Shown one piece after another: positions 20,084 through 28,888 of a stretch of DNA of 64,000 nt. The notes beneath the pieces are model-generated. The model saw only the letters and a list, made by a program, of their open reading frames with translations. It was not told where the DNA came from and made no database searches. The position numbers and the translations under genes are program-made. Within the stretch, counting starts at the first letter, position 1; each line of letters opens with the position of its first letter. The stretch is from positions 608,001-672,000 of the forward strand of contig CAVPLT010000007.1 of assembly GCA_963706325.1 (NCBI GenBank), given 5' to 3'. The stretch is from an uncultured Nitrospiraceae bacterium (GTDB lineage Bacteria; Nitrospirota; Nitrospiria; Nitrospirales; Nitrospiraceae).

Positions 20084-21073
20084 GTGCCTCGAGAATTGTC
20101 CCTCGCCGAAGTCTTCCAGTTAGGATACTACTGGGAGACCAAAATTCTTTTGACTGCCGTAAAGTTAGACGTATTTTCAGCGCTGGATGCGCGGGGACGT
20201 ACTGCCATTGAAGCCGCCGAAAAAGTCCGCGCCAATGTGCGAGCGCTGGAACTTCTGCTGAACGCGCTGGTAGCTATCAGGCTCCTCACGAAAACCGGTG
20301 ATCTCTATACAAACACGTCGGTAGCCACGACCCATCTGGTTAAGCATTCGCCACAATACGTGGGGCATTTGCTTCTCCTGCACGATGCTGAGTGGGGCAA
20401 TTGGGGACAGCTGGAAGCGGCGGTCACCACCGGCAGGTCCCCTGTCACGCAACATGTCTTTGAAACGGACCCGGCTCTCGGTGCGAACGTATTGTCCGTG
20501 TTGCACCGAATCGGGCAACAGAGTGGTCCTGATTTGGCAAAGCGTTTAGCCCTTGGCCATGCGCGGACGATGCTTGATCTCGGCGGAGGTGCGGGGACGA
20601 ATGCTATCGCATTTTGTCAGGTCTATCCACAACTCTCGGCGACGGTCTTTGACTTGCCGGCCACTCTGCCGTTGACAGAGAGGACCGTGAAGGACACTGG
20701 TTTAGAATCGAGGATTGTACTCAAGTCCGGTGACTTTAATCGTGACTCACTGGGCGGTCCCTACGATGTGGTGTTGATGTCGGACATTCTGCATTACCAG
20801 GACCTGGCGACGAATGCCGCATTGGTGAAGAAGATCTATGGCCATCTCAACCCCGGGGGCCGGTTGGTAATCAAAGATCGATTTTTGGATGCGTCCGGCA
20901 CCAGCCCCGCCTGGACGGCGGCATTTGCCGTCCATATTCTCGTCAATACGGAACGAGGCGCCTGCTATCGAACGGCAGAAGCTATGCAGTGGATGCATGA
21001 TGGTGGGTATGAGTCTGTCGAGGAAATTGAGCGGACGGCCGTGGTTCTAGGTATCAGGGCGAGTGCTGGTTAG
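20084..21073 (+). CDS. SAM-dependent methyltransferase (Methyltransf_2, CrtF/BchU-like with dimerisation domain)
   Basis: MLDLGGGAG, VFDLP, GDF, SDILHY, LNPGGRLVI. Confidence 0.85.
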   Translation: MPRELSLAEVFQLGYYWETKILLTAVKLDVFSALDARGRTAIEAAEKVRANVRALELLLNALVAIRLLTKTGDLYTNTSVATTHLVKHSPQYVGHLLLLHDAEWGNWGQLEAAVTTGRSPVTQHVFETDPALGANVLSVLHRIGQQSGPDLAKRLALGHARTMLDLGGGAGTNAIAFCQVYPQLSATVFDLPATLPLTERTVKDTGLESRIVLKSGDFNRDSLGGPYDVVLMSDILHYQDLATNAALVKKIYGHLNPGGRLVIKDRFLDASGTSPAWTAAFAVHILVNTERGACYRTAEAMQWMHDGGYESVEEIERTAVVLGIRASAG

Positions 21074-21081
21074 GATGTACC

Positions 21082-21798
21082 ATGTTTGATTTGCTTCGAC
21101 AGCCAGGTTTCTTCGGGACCCATGCCACACTGGGGGCCGACCTGAGCCAGTTGATGGCGGCCTTGTTTACGGGACTGTTTATCATCGGATGGTTCCAGGC
21201 GAAACGCCATCGTGGACATGGCCACCACTGGCTGATGCTGGGAGGCATGGTGGCCATGGTGGGATTTTTTACGGCCTATTACCTATTTCGGCAGTTGGGC
21301 GTGCTGGCCTTCGAAGGAAAGGAAGGATTCGGCGGCTCCCAAGCTTTGTACGATTATGTCTTTATTCCCGTGCTCACTGTCCACATCATTCTCGTGATTA
21401 TCGGGCTGGTGATGGCCGTTTACATGATTGTGCTTGGATTTCGCTCGCAACAATTCATCAGCGGCGCGCGGTTGCTGAGTAAAAACCTGCTGCAGACGTC
21501 GTGGAAAAAGGTCAGTCTGATTTTTGTGGGCCTCACCGCCGTGGTGGCGCTGCTCTTTGGGACGCGCGTGATGTCCGCCGGATTTTCTATGCGAAAGATG
21601 GAGGTCTATCTCTCGCTCCTCATTCTTGTGGCGATTGTCTTTGCAGTCGAAATGGGGATTCAGCGCATTTGGCCTGATGGTGGTCAGCGCCATCGCGCCC
21701 TTGGCCGATTCACAATGATTGTGTACTGTATTTTGTTTCTAACCGGAAGCTTCACCTACGCCATGCTGTATATCCTCTATCCGGGGAAGATTGGCTAA
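21082..21798 (+). CDS. DUF420-like membrane protein
   Basis: HHWLM, Y..Y..VLTVHIIL and C-terminal HRALGR...TG...Y.MLY pattern. Confidence 0.65.
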   Translation: MFDLLRQPGFFGTHATLGADLSQLMAALFTGLFIIGWFQAKRHRGHGHHWLMLGGMVAMVGFFTAYYLFRQLGVLAFEGKEGFGGSQALYDYVFIPVLTVHIILVIIGLVMAVYMIVLGFRSQQFISGARLLSKNLLQTSWKKVSLIFVGLTAVVALLFGTRVMSAGFSMRKMEVYLSLLILVAIVFAVEMGIQRIWPDGGQRHRALGRFTMIVYCILFLTGSFTYAMLYILYPGKIG

Positions 21799-21821
21799 AG
21801 GCGGATAGCCGGAAAGTAGAC

Positions 21822-22310
21822 ATGCTTGTATGTGGGTGCGGCAGATGGATGCATACCGAGGGAGTCGAGGAGCGGATCGGGAGTGAAGGCGCGCACTCGT
21901 GGTTCGTCCGATCGGAATGTCGACCATGCCGGTGGTTGGTCGGCATCGACGTGCCGGTGGGGAAGGTTGATGGCATCGTCGACCGGTTGATGTGGAGCGA
22001 TGATGCCAGGCATCGGTTGGATCGTGTCCCGCCCTATGCCGTTCCAGTGTTGCGGGATCTGGTGGAAAGTTTTGCCCGGACAAGGCAACAGCGCGTGATT
22101 ACCTACGATTTGATCGATCAGGCGCAAATCGGTGATGTGGTGTCGTGGGATTCTGACGCCGAGCAACGCCTCGCTAATGTCCCGGCCGCGGTCCGTGCCA
22201 TGGCACGGACCGAACTGGAACGGACGGCCGTGGATCGTGGCGCAGGGCGCGTGACCGTGGCCTTGATGGAAGAGGTCAAGGCGCGATATTTCGGCATGGC
22301 CGCGCAGTGA
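21822..22310 (+). CDS. Protein with an N-terminal Cys motif and two PCP_red-like repeats
   Basis: CGC...CRPC; WSDDARHRLDRVP and WDSDAEQRLANVPAAVR...E..A...G...VT. Confidence 0.7.
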   Translation: MLVCGCGRWMHTEGVEERIGSEGAHSWFVRSECRPCRWLVGIDVPVGKVDGIVDRLMWSDDARHRLDRVPPYAVPVLRDLVESFARTRQQRVITYDLIDQAQIGDVVSWDSDAEQRLANVPAAVRAMARTELERTAVDRGAGRVTVALMEEVKARYFGMAAQ

Positions 22311-22402
22311 GATGAGGCGTAAGTCTTGAGAGCGGTGTGAGGAACGCGGCAGTCATCGTCTCCTTCCTCGTCCAAAAGCTTCCTATTCCCAACGGATGAA
22401 AC

Positions 22403-23488
22403 ATGTTGCACCGGCTGGCACTACGAGTTCTTCCGAGTTTGACCTTAGCCGTGACGGAAGACTCAGTCCGCAAGCGCAAGCGTCTGGTCATGTTTGTTCC
22501 TGGGTTGGTGGCCTTCGCGGTATACCGAGCGGCCAAACAGGGATTTTCATTAGCGGAGCCTATGACCTTGTTGCTCCTGAGCGGCCTGATATCGATGGTG
22601 ACGGCTCTCTGCGCCTATCGTGTTGGACGCGGATTGCCGTTCGCCAGATTGGTCGGCGCGGATGGTGCTCGACGCATCGGGTGGGTCCTGGCCTGGATAG
22701 GTTTTGTCTACGGCATTCAACTCTCGCTGTTGGTGTTAGCCCTGTTGTGGCTGGTCGGATATGATTATGCCCAGCATCCTGATGGACCGGCCATGATGGC
22801 GATCATCATTCCCAGTACCGCAGTCGCGCGCGATGCTTTTGAGATCGGGTACATTCGCTGGCTTGAATCGAGTGGGCGTCCACTGCTCACCTTTCCCGAT
22901 GGCGCCGGACTGCGCACTTTACTTCAGCGGGTCAGTCCCGACTTGTTGGGTTGGATTGTCGGAGGGGCACTCGCTTGCGCAAGCCTGTCCGTTCTGACGA
23001 GCATTTTCATACGCGGCGAGCTGGCGGTGTTGACCCAAGGAACCATCGTCACAGTGGCGGCGGGAACCGTGGCTCTCCTGGCGTTTTTCGCCGGGCAATC
23101 CAGCGGAGGCGCGTGGTTCTCCAGGGTGACCGCGACTCGTTGGGGAGAGCTGATGAAGTTTTGGTGGTGGCCTGGGCTCGCCTTCGCCGCTACGTACTAT
23201 CTGGTGCTGCTCGGAGGCTGCCTGTATATGTTGAAGCGACCGATGGATTCGATTGGACTCTTCGCCGGGGTCGCCGGAATGGTGGGTGGGCTGATGGCGT
23301 TGTACTGTTATTATTTGGGCCATCGACGAGAGATTGAGAATCGCCAGCAGGGAGCCGTATCCAGCGCCTTGTTACGTTGTCCGTTCGTAATGGGGATACT
23401 CGGCAAGTCTCGCGAGGCGATTTCTGGTCCGGCGTTAAATGGATCTGCGGCTGTCTATGACAAGGACAGTGAGAGAGTGTCGTCATGA
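22403..23488 (+). CDS. Polytopic membrane protein, unknown function
   Basis: About 8 hydrophobic segments; ATGA overlap with the next gene. Confidence 0.7.
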   Translation: MLHRLALRVLPSLTLAVTEDSVRKRKRLVMFVPGLVAFAVYRAAKQGFSLAEPMTLLLLSGLISMVTALCAYRVGRGLPFARLVGADGARRIGWVLAWIGFVYGIQLSLLVLALLWLVGYDYAQHPDGPAMMAIIIPSTAVARDAFEIGYIRWLESSGRPLLTFPDGAGLRTLLQRVSPDLLGWIVGGALACASLSVLTSIFIRGELAVLTQGTIVTVAAGTVALLAFFAGQSSGGAWFSRVTATRWGELMKFWWWPGLAFAATYYLVLLGGCLYMLKRPMDSIGLFAGVAGMVGGLMALYCYYLGHRREIENRQQGAVSSALLRCPFVMGILGKSREAISGPALNGSAAVYDKDSERVSS

Positions 23489-25353
23489 CCACAGGCCTTT
23501 CGTTCCGCTCATGCATCCTTCTGTTGGTCTGCGCAGGACTATTGGTCGCAGGGGCGAGCCTGCTGAATCCCAAACCGCTCGGCGCAGCGGGTCCGTCCAG
23601 TGATGTGTATTTTCAGACGCCCGGCGTGCCTAGTGGTCCCTCGGCCCCTGCGGGGAATGAGAGCCACTATCCTCAGTATGGCTCAGTCGACAGTCGGTTG
23701 CTCATGTGGATCATCATTCAACAGCATACTTATTTCGGTGGCTTTGTGTTGGCGTTGCCGATTTTTTGTGTCCTGCTGGAATTTCTCGGGCTGGTGGCGA
23801 AAAATCCTGGGCTCGCATTGCGCTATGATGGCTTGGCTCAAGATCTCCTGAAGGTCGCTCTCCTTGCCATTTCCGTCACTGCGGCGGTGGGAAGTGTGAT
23901 GTTGACGATGTTCATCACTCTGTATCCCAGTTTTATGCAGTATATGGGAGGGACCTTTAAGGTCATGATGCCTCTCTATGCACTCGTGTTTGTCGGGACC
24001 ACTTTTCTCACGATCGCCTATTATTATAGTTGGGATCGTATGGCGGCACGTGGGACGAAGTGGTTGCATCTCTCGATCGGCCTGCTTGCCGTGGTGTTCG
24101 GCACGTCGCTGCTACTGCTCGCCAATGCCTGGTCGGCCTTCATGATGGCGCCGGCGGGTGTTGATGGCCAAGGCCGGTATTTGGGCAACCCCTGGCATTT
24201 GCTCCATTCCGCGCTGTGGAACCCGTTGAACCTGCATCGGTTTTTGGCGGATATCATGTCGGGCGGAGCAGTAGTCCTCGCCTATGCCTGCTACCGGTTC
24301 TTCACCGGCAAGAGCGAGGAGGAGCGCGCCTACTACGATTGGGTCGGCTACATCTTTTTATTTGTCACCGTGTGCGCTCTGCTGCCGATGCCCTTCGCTG
24401 GCTATTGGTTGATGCGTTCCGTGTATGCGTACAGCCAGAGCATGGGTGTCACGATGATGGGCGGGCTCTTGACCTGGCTGTTTGTGGTGCAAGCGCTCTT
24501 AATCGGCGCGCTCTTTCTCGGCGTCAACTATTATCTGTGGCAAAGTATGGGGCGGATTCGGGGGGGGGAGCGGTATCAATCCTACTACCAATATCTCCTG
24601 CTCGCTCTCACGGGTTGTCTGTTTATTTGGCTGACCCCCCACACGATTCTCATGACCGGCACTGAAGTGAAAGCCATGGGCGGGGCTCAGCACCCCGTGA
24701 TTGGAAACTATGGCGTGATGTCGTCAAAGAATGGGGCAGTCAATGTGATGATCTGCATCACGGCTTTGAGCTATATCTACTACCGTCGGGCGAATCGCAG
24801 CATGACGATTTCCTGGGTGAAGACTGGGAACATCATCCTGGGGGCATTGTTCGGCCTCGGAGCCGCGCACAATATCGGATTATCAGTGTACGGATTTTAT
24901 CTGCCGGCCAGTCTCCGCGTGGGGCTGTCTGGACCGCAGGCGGTGACGACATTGCTGGTGGTTACATTGGGATTGCTGTTGAATCGGCGCATGCTGCAGG
25001 GCGCAACGATTCACGGCCCAGTGCAGTGGGGGCGGATTTCGGTCCGGGGCATGATCGGATTGTTTGGATTGGCAGCGGCGTTTACCTGGGTGATGGGGTT
25101 AATGGGATACATTCGCTCTTCAGGGCGGCTGGCGTGGCATGTCAACGAACTGATGCCAGATACCTCTCCCTGGGCTTTCACACCATCGCTTGGATTTGCC
25201 GCGAAAATGGTCACCATCAACATGGTTGTTTTTTGGGGGGCTGTGTTTATTTTGTTTTGGGTTTGTCAGCGTGGTCGGCAACCGGTCATGCATGAAGAGG
25301 TGATCGCGGAAAAGGAGCCGGGTTTCTTACCCGCTGCCTCGCATGAGGGATAG
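23485..25353 (+). CDS. Cytochrome bd-like oxidase subunit I (CydA-like), paralog 1
   Basis: QQHTYFGGFVLALP, NAWSAFMMAPAG, WNPLNLHR, MGYIRSSGRLAW. Confidence 0.85.
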   Translation: MTTGLSFRSCILLLVCAGLLVAGASLLNPKPLGAAGPSSDVYFQTPGVPSGPSAPAGNESHYPQYGSVDSRLLMWIIIQQHTYFGGFVLALPIFCVLLEFLGLVAKNPGLALRYDGLAQDLLKVALLAISVTAAVGSVMLTMFITLYPSFMQYMGGTFKVMMPLYALVFVGTTFLTIAYYYSWDRMAARGTKWLHLSIGLLAVVFGTSLLLLANAWSAFMMAPAGVDGQGRYLGNPWHLLHSALWNPLNLHRFLADIMSGGAVVLAYACYRFFTGKSEEERAYYDWVGYIFLFVTVCALLPMPFAGYWLMRSVYAYSQSMGVTMMGGLLTWLFVVQALLIGALFLGVNYYLWQSMGRIRGGERYQSYYQYLLLALTGCLFIWLTPHTILMTGTEVKAMGGAQHPVIGNYGVMSSKNGAVNVMICITALSYIYYRRANRSMTISWVKTGNIILGALFGLGAAHNIGLSVYGFYLPASLRVGLSGPQAVTTLLVVTLGLLLNRRMLQGATIHGPVQWGRISVRGMIGLFGLAAAFTWVMGLMGYIRSSGRLAWHVNELMPDTSPWAFTPSLGFAAKMVTINMVVFWGAVFILFWVCQRGRQPVMHEEVIAEKEPGFLPAASHEG

Positions 25354-25371
25354 GCAGGACTATTACGGAAT

Positions 25372-26040
25372 GTGGAGATGAGTATGAGATTGACGGTCGG
25401 AGTCGCATGGGTTGTGGCGGTGATGGGGTGGTGTGGCCTCACGGGAGTTGGAACGCCGGTGCATGCTGCCGAAGCCAAGGTGTTGGTGCTGGAAGACTTT
25501 CAATCGGCGGATCAGGATGGCTTCCCGATCGATTGGCAACATGAAAATCAGCGCAGCCAAGCCAAGGGCAGGGACGCCTACAAGATTCAATCATCTGACG
25601 GACAGAAGTTCCTTGCCGCCAAAGATGCGGGCCAGCGCGTAAAAAAGCGCAAAATCGATTGGGATCCGAAGGCCTATCCGGTCTTGACGTGGCGGTGGCG
25701 GCTGCATAAAGCGCCGAGCGGTTCGGAGCCCATTGCGGCGCTCTATGCCTCTTTAGATACGGATCTCCTATTCATACCGGTGTTCACCAAATACATCTGG
25801 AGTGCCGGGAGGCCGGAAGGCACCTTCATCGAGGGTGGGATGTTCAGCGGGTCAGAATTGGTGGTGCAAAGCGGCCTGTTGCCTGTCGGCGAGTGGATCG
25901 AAGAACGCATTGATGTCTATGAAGACTTCAAGCGCATTCACAAGCATGAGCCGGCAGAAAAGGCGTGGGGGATTTCTCTGTTTGCCGCTCCCGGCGTCGA
26001 GATCGACTTCGGCACAATTGCAGTGAGTTCTGCCAAGTGA
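25372..26040 (+). CDS. DUF3047-like periplasmic protein
   Basis: YPVLTWRW, KYIWS, GEWIEERIDVYEDFK; signal peptide. Confidence 0.7.
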   Translation: MEMSMRLTVGVAWVVAVMGWCGLTGVGTPVHAAEAKVLVLEDFQSADQDGFPIDWQHENQRSQAKGRDAYKIQSSDGQKFLAAKDAGQRVKKRKIDWDPKAYPVLTWRWRLHKAPSGSEPIAALYASLDTDLLFIPVFTKYIWSAGRPEGTFIEGGMFSGSELVVQSGLLPVGEWIEERIDVYEDFKRIHKHEPAEKAWGISLFAAPGVEIDFGTIAVSSAK

Positions 26041-26083
26041 GCACGCGCGTCGTCGTGACGGGTCTAAGGAATCGATCATCACT

Positions 26084-26476
26084 ATGAGCCGACCGTGGAC
26101 CAAGACCTGGCTGGATGTCGTGTTTGGTATGGTGGTTATGGGCACGGTTGGAGCATTGATTGGCACGATCTTGGGTGGCTCCTCAGTTCCCATCACGGCT
26201 GGATTGGGAGTCGTACTCGGCGCCATGGTCGGCTTTCTCGGAGGGCGTCGGTTCCTGTTGAGTATCTTGGTGGGGACGGTCCTGGGCGGCCTGCTGGCGT
26301 GGCTCGTTGCGGAGTTTGACAAGATTTTGTACGGTGCTGGAGCCGGTGCGGCTATGGGTGGATTTTTGGGCGTGCAGATTTCGATGTTACTGGATATGCG
26401 AGCGGCGCGGAGAGCAGCGGCTGTAGATGCGAGCGCTGAAGATCTCCCAGCTCAATCGACGGTCACCAAATCATGA
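26084..26476 (+). CDS. Gly-rich small membrane protein
   Basis: GxxxG-rich TM helices. Confidence 0.7.
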   Translation: MSRPWTKTWLDVVFGMVVMGTVGALIGTILGGSSVPITAGLGVVLGAMVGFLGGRRFLLSILVGTVLGGLLAWLVAEFDKILYGAGAGAAMGGFLGVQISMLLDMRAARRAAAVDASAEDLPAQSTVTKS

Positions 26477-26491
26477 GGTGCGAGTAGTCTA

Positions 26492-27406
26492 ATGGAAAAC
26501 AGGGGCGTGCTTATTGGGTCGATCATTTTTGTGTTCGCATCGTTCATTTTGATGATCGGGGCGCTGGTTTACGAATCGTATAAGGCCAAGCAGATGCGCC
26601 AATTAGCACTATCTATCACGACAGAGACGAAGGCGGTGGAGGTGTCTACCGCTCAGGACTTCTCTATGTATAAGACGCTCATTGGAGACGACGGGCGAGG
26701 GATGGTTCAAATATCCGAGGGCCCGTTCGTGATGGGCAGTCGTGATAATGATAGTGATCCGGACGAAAAGCCGGAGCATCAAGTCTATTTGAAGCCGTAT
26801 TTCTTAGATAAGCATGAAGCGACGCAGGAAGCGTATGCGCGATTTTCGAAGATGACGAAGCGGCAGACGCGAAAGATCGAGGTGTTTGAAGGCGATCCTG
26901 CCAAGTTGCTCAAGCCGGAAAGCCCGATGATCGCCGTGACGTGGGATGACGCGGAGGCCTATTGTAAGTGGGCAGGAAAGCGGTTGCCGACCGAAGCGGA
27001 ATGGGAGAAGGCCGCGCGCGGGGAAGGCAAACGCCGATATCCTTGGGGCGAGGAGTTTGTGGTGGGCTATGCGAACATCGACGGGGATGAGGATGGGTTT
27101 CGATACCTGGCGCCACCTGGGTCGTTCGAGTCTGGCCGCAGCCCTTACGGGATCTACGATATGACGGGGAATGTCGGTGAATGGGTCGCGGACTTTTATG
27201 ATGAGAACGCCTATCGAAAATCGGCATACCGGGATCCGAAGGGACCAGAGCAAGGCGAGCAGCGCGTCATTCGTGGAGGGTCCTGGCGGGAAACCAAGCG
27301 GAACGTGCGCTCCTCCAAACGATTTCAGGCAAAGCCGTGGCGGCACGATATTACGGTCGGGTTCCGTTGCGCCAAAGATATTGAGGCTGATGGGCCGGCC
27401 AAGTAG
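26492..27406 (+). CDS. Membrane-anchored FGE-sulfatase-fold protein
   Basis: RLPTEAEWEKAARG, YDMTGNVGEW, RGGSW, GFRC. Confidence 0.85.
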   Translation: MENRGVLIGSIIFVFASFILMIGALVYESYKAKQMRQLALSITTETKAVEVSTAQDFSMYKTLIGDDGRGMVQISEGPFVMGSRDNDSDPDEKPEHQVYLKPYFLDKHEATQEAYARFSKMTKRQTRKIEVFEGDPAKLLKPESPMIAVTWDDAEAYCKWAGKRLPTEAEWEKAARGEGKRRYPWGEEFVVGYANIDGDEDGFRYLAPPGSFESGRSPYGIYDMTGNVGEWVADFYDENAYRKSAYRDPKGPEQGEQRVIRGGSWRETKRNVRSSKRFQAKPWRHDITVGFRCAKDIEADGPAK

Positions 27407-27417
27407 TCGGTCAGGTC

Positions 27418-28380
27418 ATGCTTGAAACACGATTCAAAATTATCTTCCTCGTCGTCGTGTTGTTTGCCGCAAGCTTGCCCCTCATAGCCATCCTTCGCGG
27501 AACGATTTCCACTCCGTTTGAAGCTGAGCCTCCGCATGGGGAAGAAAATTCTGGGTGGCCTTCCGCTGAGCCGGAAGTCGTGGAAGAGCCTATCGCTGAG
27601 GAGCTTATCCCAATTCCTGCGGGCCCGTTCGTGCGTGGAACGAATGGAGGGGGATTTGATGAGCGTCCTGAACGGACGATTTACCTCGATGGTTTTTTTA
27701 TTGATCGTTACGAAGTGACGAACGCCCAATACGCCGCCTTTGTGAAGGCAACGGGCCATCGAAAATCAGGGCCACCATCACGCTATGCGAAAAATACAGC
27801 CCGTATGCGAGGAGTGAACCAGCCGGTTGTCTATGTATCCTGGGAGGATGCGAAAGCCTACTGTGAGTGGCGTGGTAGACGATTACCTACTGAGGCGGAA
27901 TGGGAAAAGGCCATGCGTGGTACGGATGGCCGTCTCTGGCCATGGGGTAATGTCGAAATCCAGGATGGGGCGAATTGGGCCCGTGTGGATGATGGTTTTG
28001 AAGTTGCCGCACCGGTAGGTCAAGTGCGGAGTGATGTGAGCCCCTATGGAGTCATGGATGGCGCTGGCAATGTCATGGAGTGGGTGGATGATTGGTATCA
28101 GGAAAACGCGTACGCTGGGTCTTTGGAGAGAAATCCGGCAAGTCCAGAGTACGGCACGTACAAGGTGCTGCGCGGAGGGGGGTATACGAGTTCTGGGTCG
28201 GACTTGCGCATTACGACACGCAGCAAGATGATGCTGGATTTTCGAGATGAAACCATCGGGTTTCGCTGTGCGCAATCAGGTGCGGGGAATGGTGGCTCGC
28301 AAGGGGGAAGGGTTTCGGGAAAATCGCAGGAAATCACAGGAAATCAAAGTAGTAGAGGATCAGGAACACGGCCAAAATGA
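27418..28380 (+). CDS. Membrane-anchored FGE-sulfatase-fold protein, paralog 2
   Basis: RLPTEAEWEKAMRG, GNVMEW, RGGGY, GFRC. Confidence 0.85.
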   Translation: MLETRFKIIFLVVVLFAASLPLIAILRGTISTPFEAEPPHGEENSGWPSAEPEVVEEPIAEELIPIPAGPFVRGTNGGGFDERPERTIYLDGFFIDRYEVTNAQYAAFVKATGHRKSGPPSRYAKNTARMRGVNQPVVYVSWEDAKAYCEWRGRRLPTEAEWEKAMRGTDGRLWPWGNVEIQDGANWARVDDGFEVAAPVGQVRSDVSPYGVMDGAGNVMEWVDDWYQENAYAGSLERNPASPEYGTYKVLRGGGYTSSGSDLRITTRSKMMLDFRDETIGFRCAQSGAGNGGSQGGRVSGKSQEITGNQSSRGSGTRPK

Positions 28381-28382
28381 TA

Positions 28383-28411
28383 TTGACAACCATTCCAGCC
28401 AAAACTATAAT
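28383..28411 (+). promoter_or_regulatory. Consensus sigma70 promoter
   Basis: TTGACA-17bp-TATAAT, exact consensus. Confidence 0.85.
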
Positions 28412-28536
28412 GTCGAACACTTTTGAATTTTTAGCCATAAAAATCCCTTTTAAAAACATGCAAATGAGGGATTTTGATTAACACAGCCTAGTTGGTGTGT
28501 CAATTCAAAATACGTACTTAAACCGTTGGGAGAATC

Positions 28537-28656
28537 ATGATGGAAGCTGCTCAGGGGGACGTCTCAATTAAAATCGGCAAAATGATTTTCTATATCACCT
28601 GTGCAATGGGTATTTGGTTTTTCTATTGGATGGCAGGGATTCAATGCCCTTGCTGA
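28537..28656 (+). CDS. 39-aa single-TM peptide ending CPC
   Basis: GGGAGA RBS; MMEAAQGDVSIKIGKMIFYITCAMGIWFFYWMAGIQCPC (my translation; below the ORF-track cutoff). Confidence 0.65.
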   Translation: MMEAAQGDVSIKIGKMIFYITCAMGIWFFYWMAGIQCPC

Positions 28657-28707
28657 GGCTGGCTTCCGGACGAGGAAACTGCTTGTACATGTTGAGGGGG
28701 GTTTGAG

Positions 28708-28830
28708 ATGGGCCAAACAATTGTGTATTTCATCGTATCCGTGTTGATATGCGTCACGTTTTTTACGGCCGTTGATCACTTTTTGATGGATGCGCAAGGA
28801 TTGGATTTTTGGTATCTCTTGCGGAAGTAG
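28708..28830 (+). CDS. 40-aa single-TM peptide
   Basis: GAGGGGG RBS; MGQTIVYFIVSVLICVTFFTAVDHFLMDAQGLDFWYLLRK (my translation). Confidence 0.65.
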   Translation: MGQTIVYFIVSVLICVTFFTAVDHFLMDAQGLDFWYLLRK

Positions 28831-28888
28831 ACATTGAAGTAAGGTTTGAGTTGTTGCTCACGTACGCGATGTATCAAGGAGGTAACCC

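Noticed and set aside
28654..28695. Selenocysteine read-through of CPC-TGA giving ...CPCUGWLPDEETACTC
   Set aside because: Only a weak hairpin follows, with its loop ~11 nt from the UGA; no sel genes are in the window; an ordinary stop is simpler. Ortholog stop codons would settle it.
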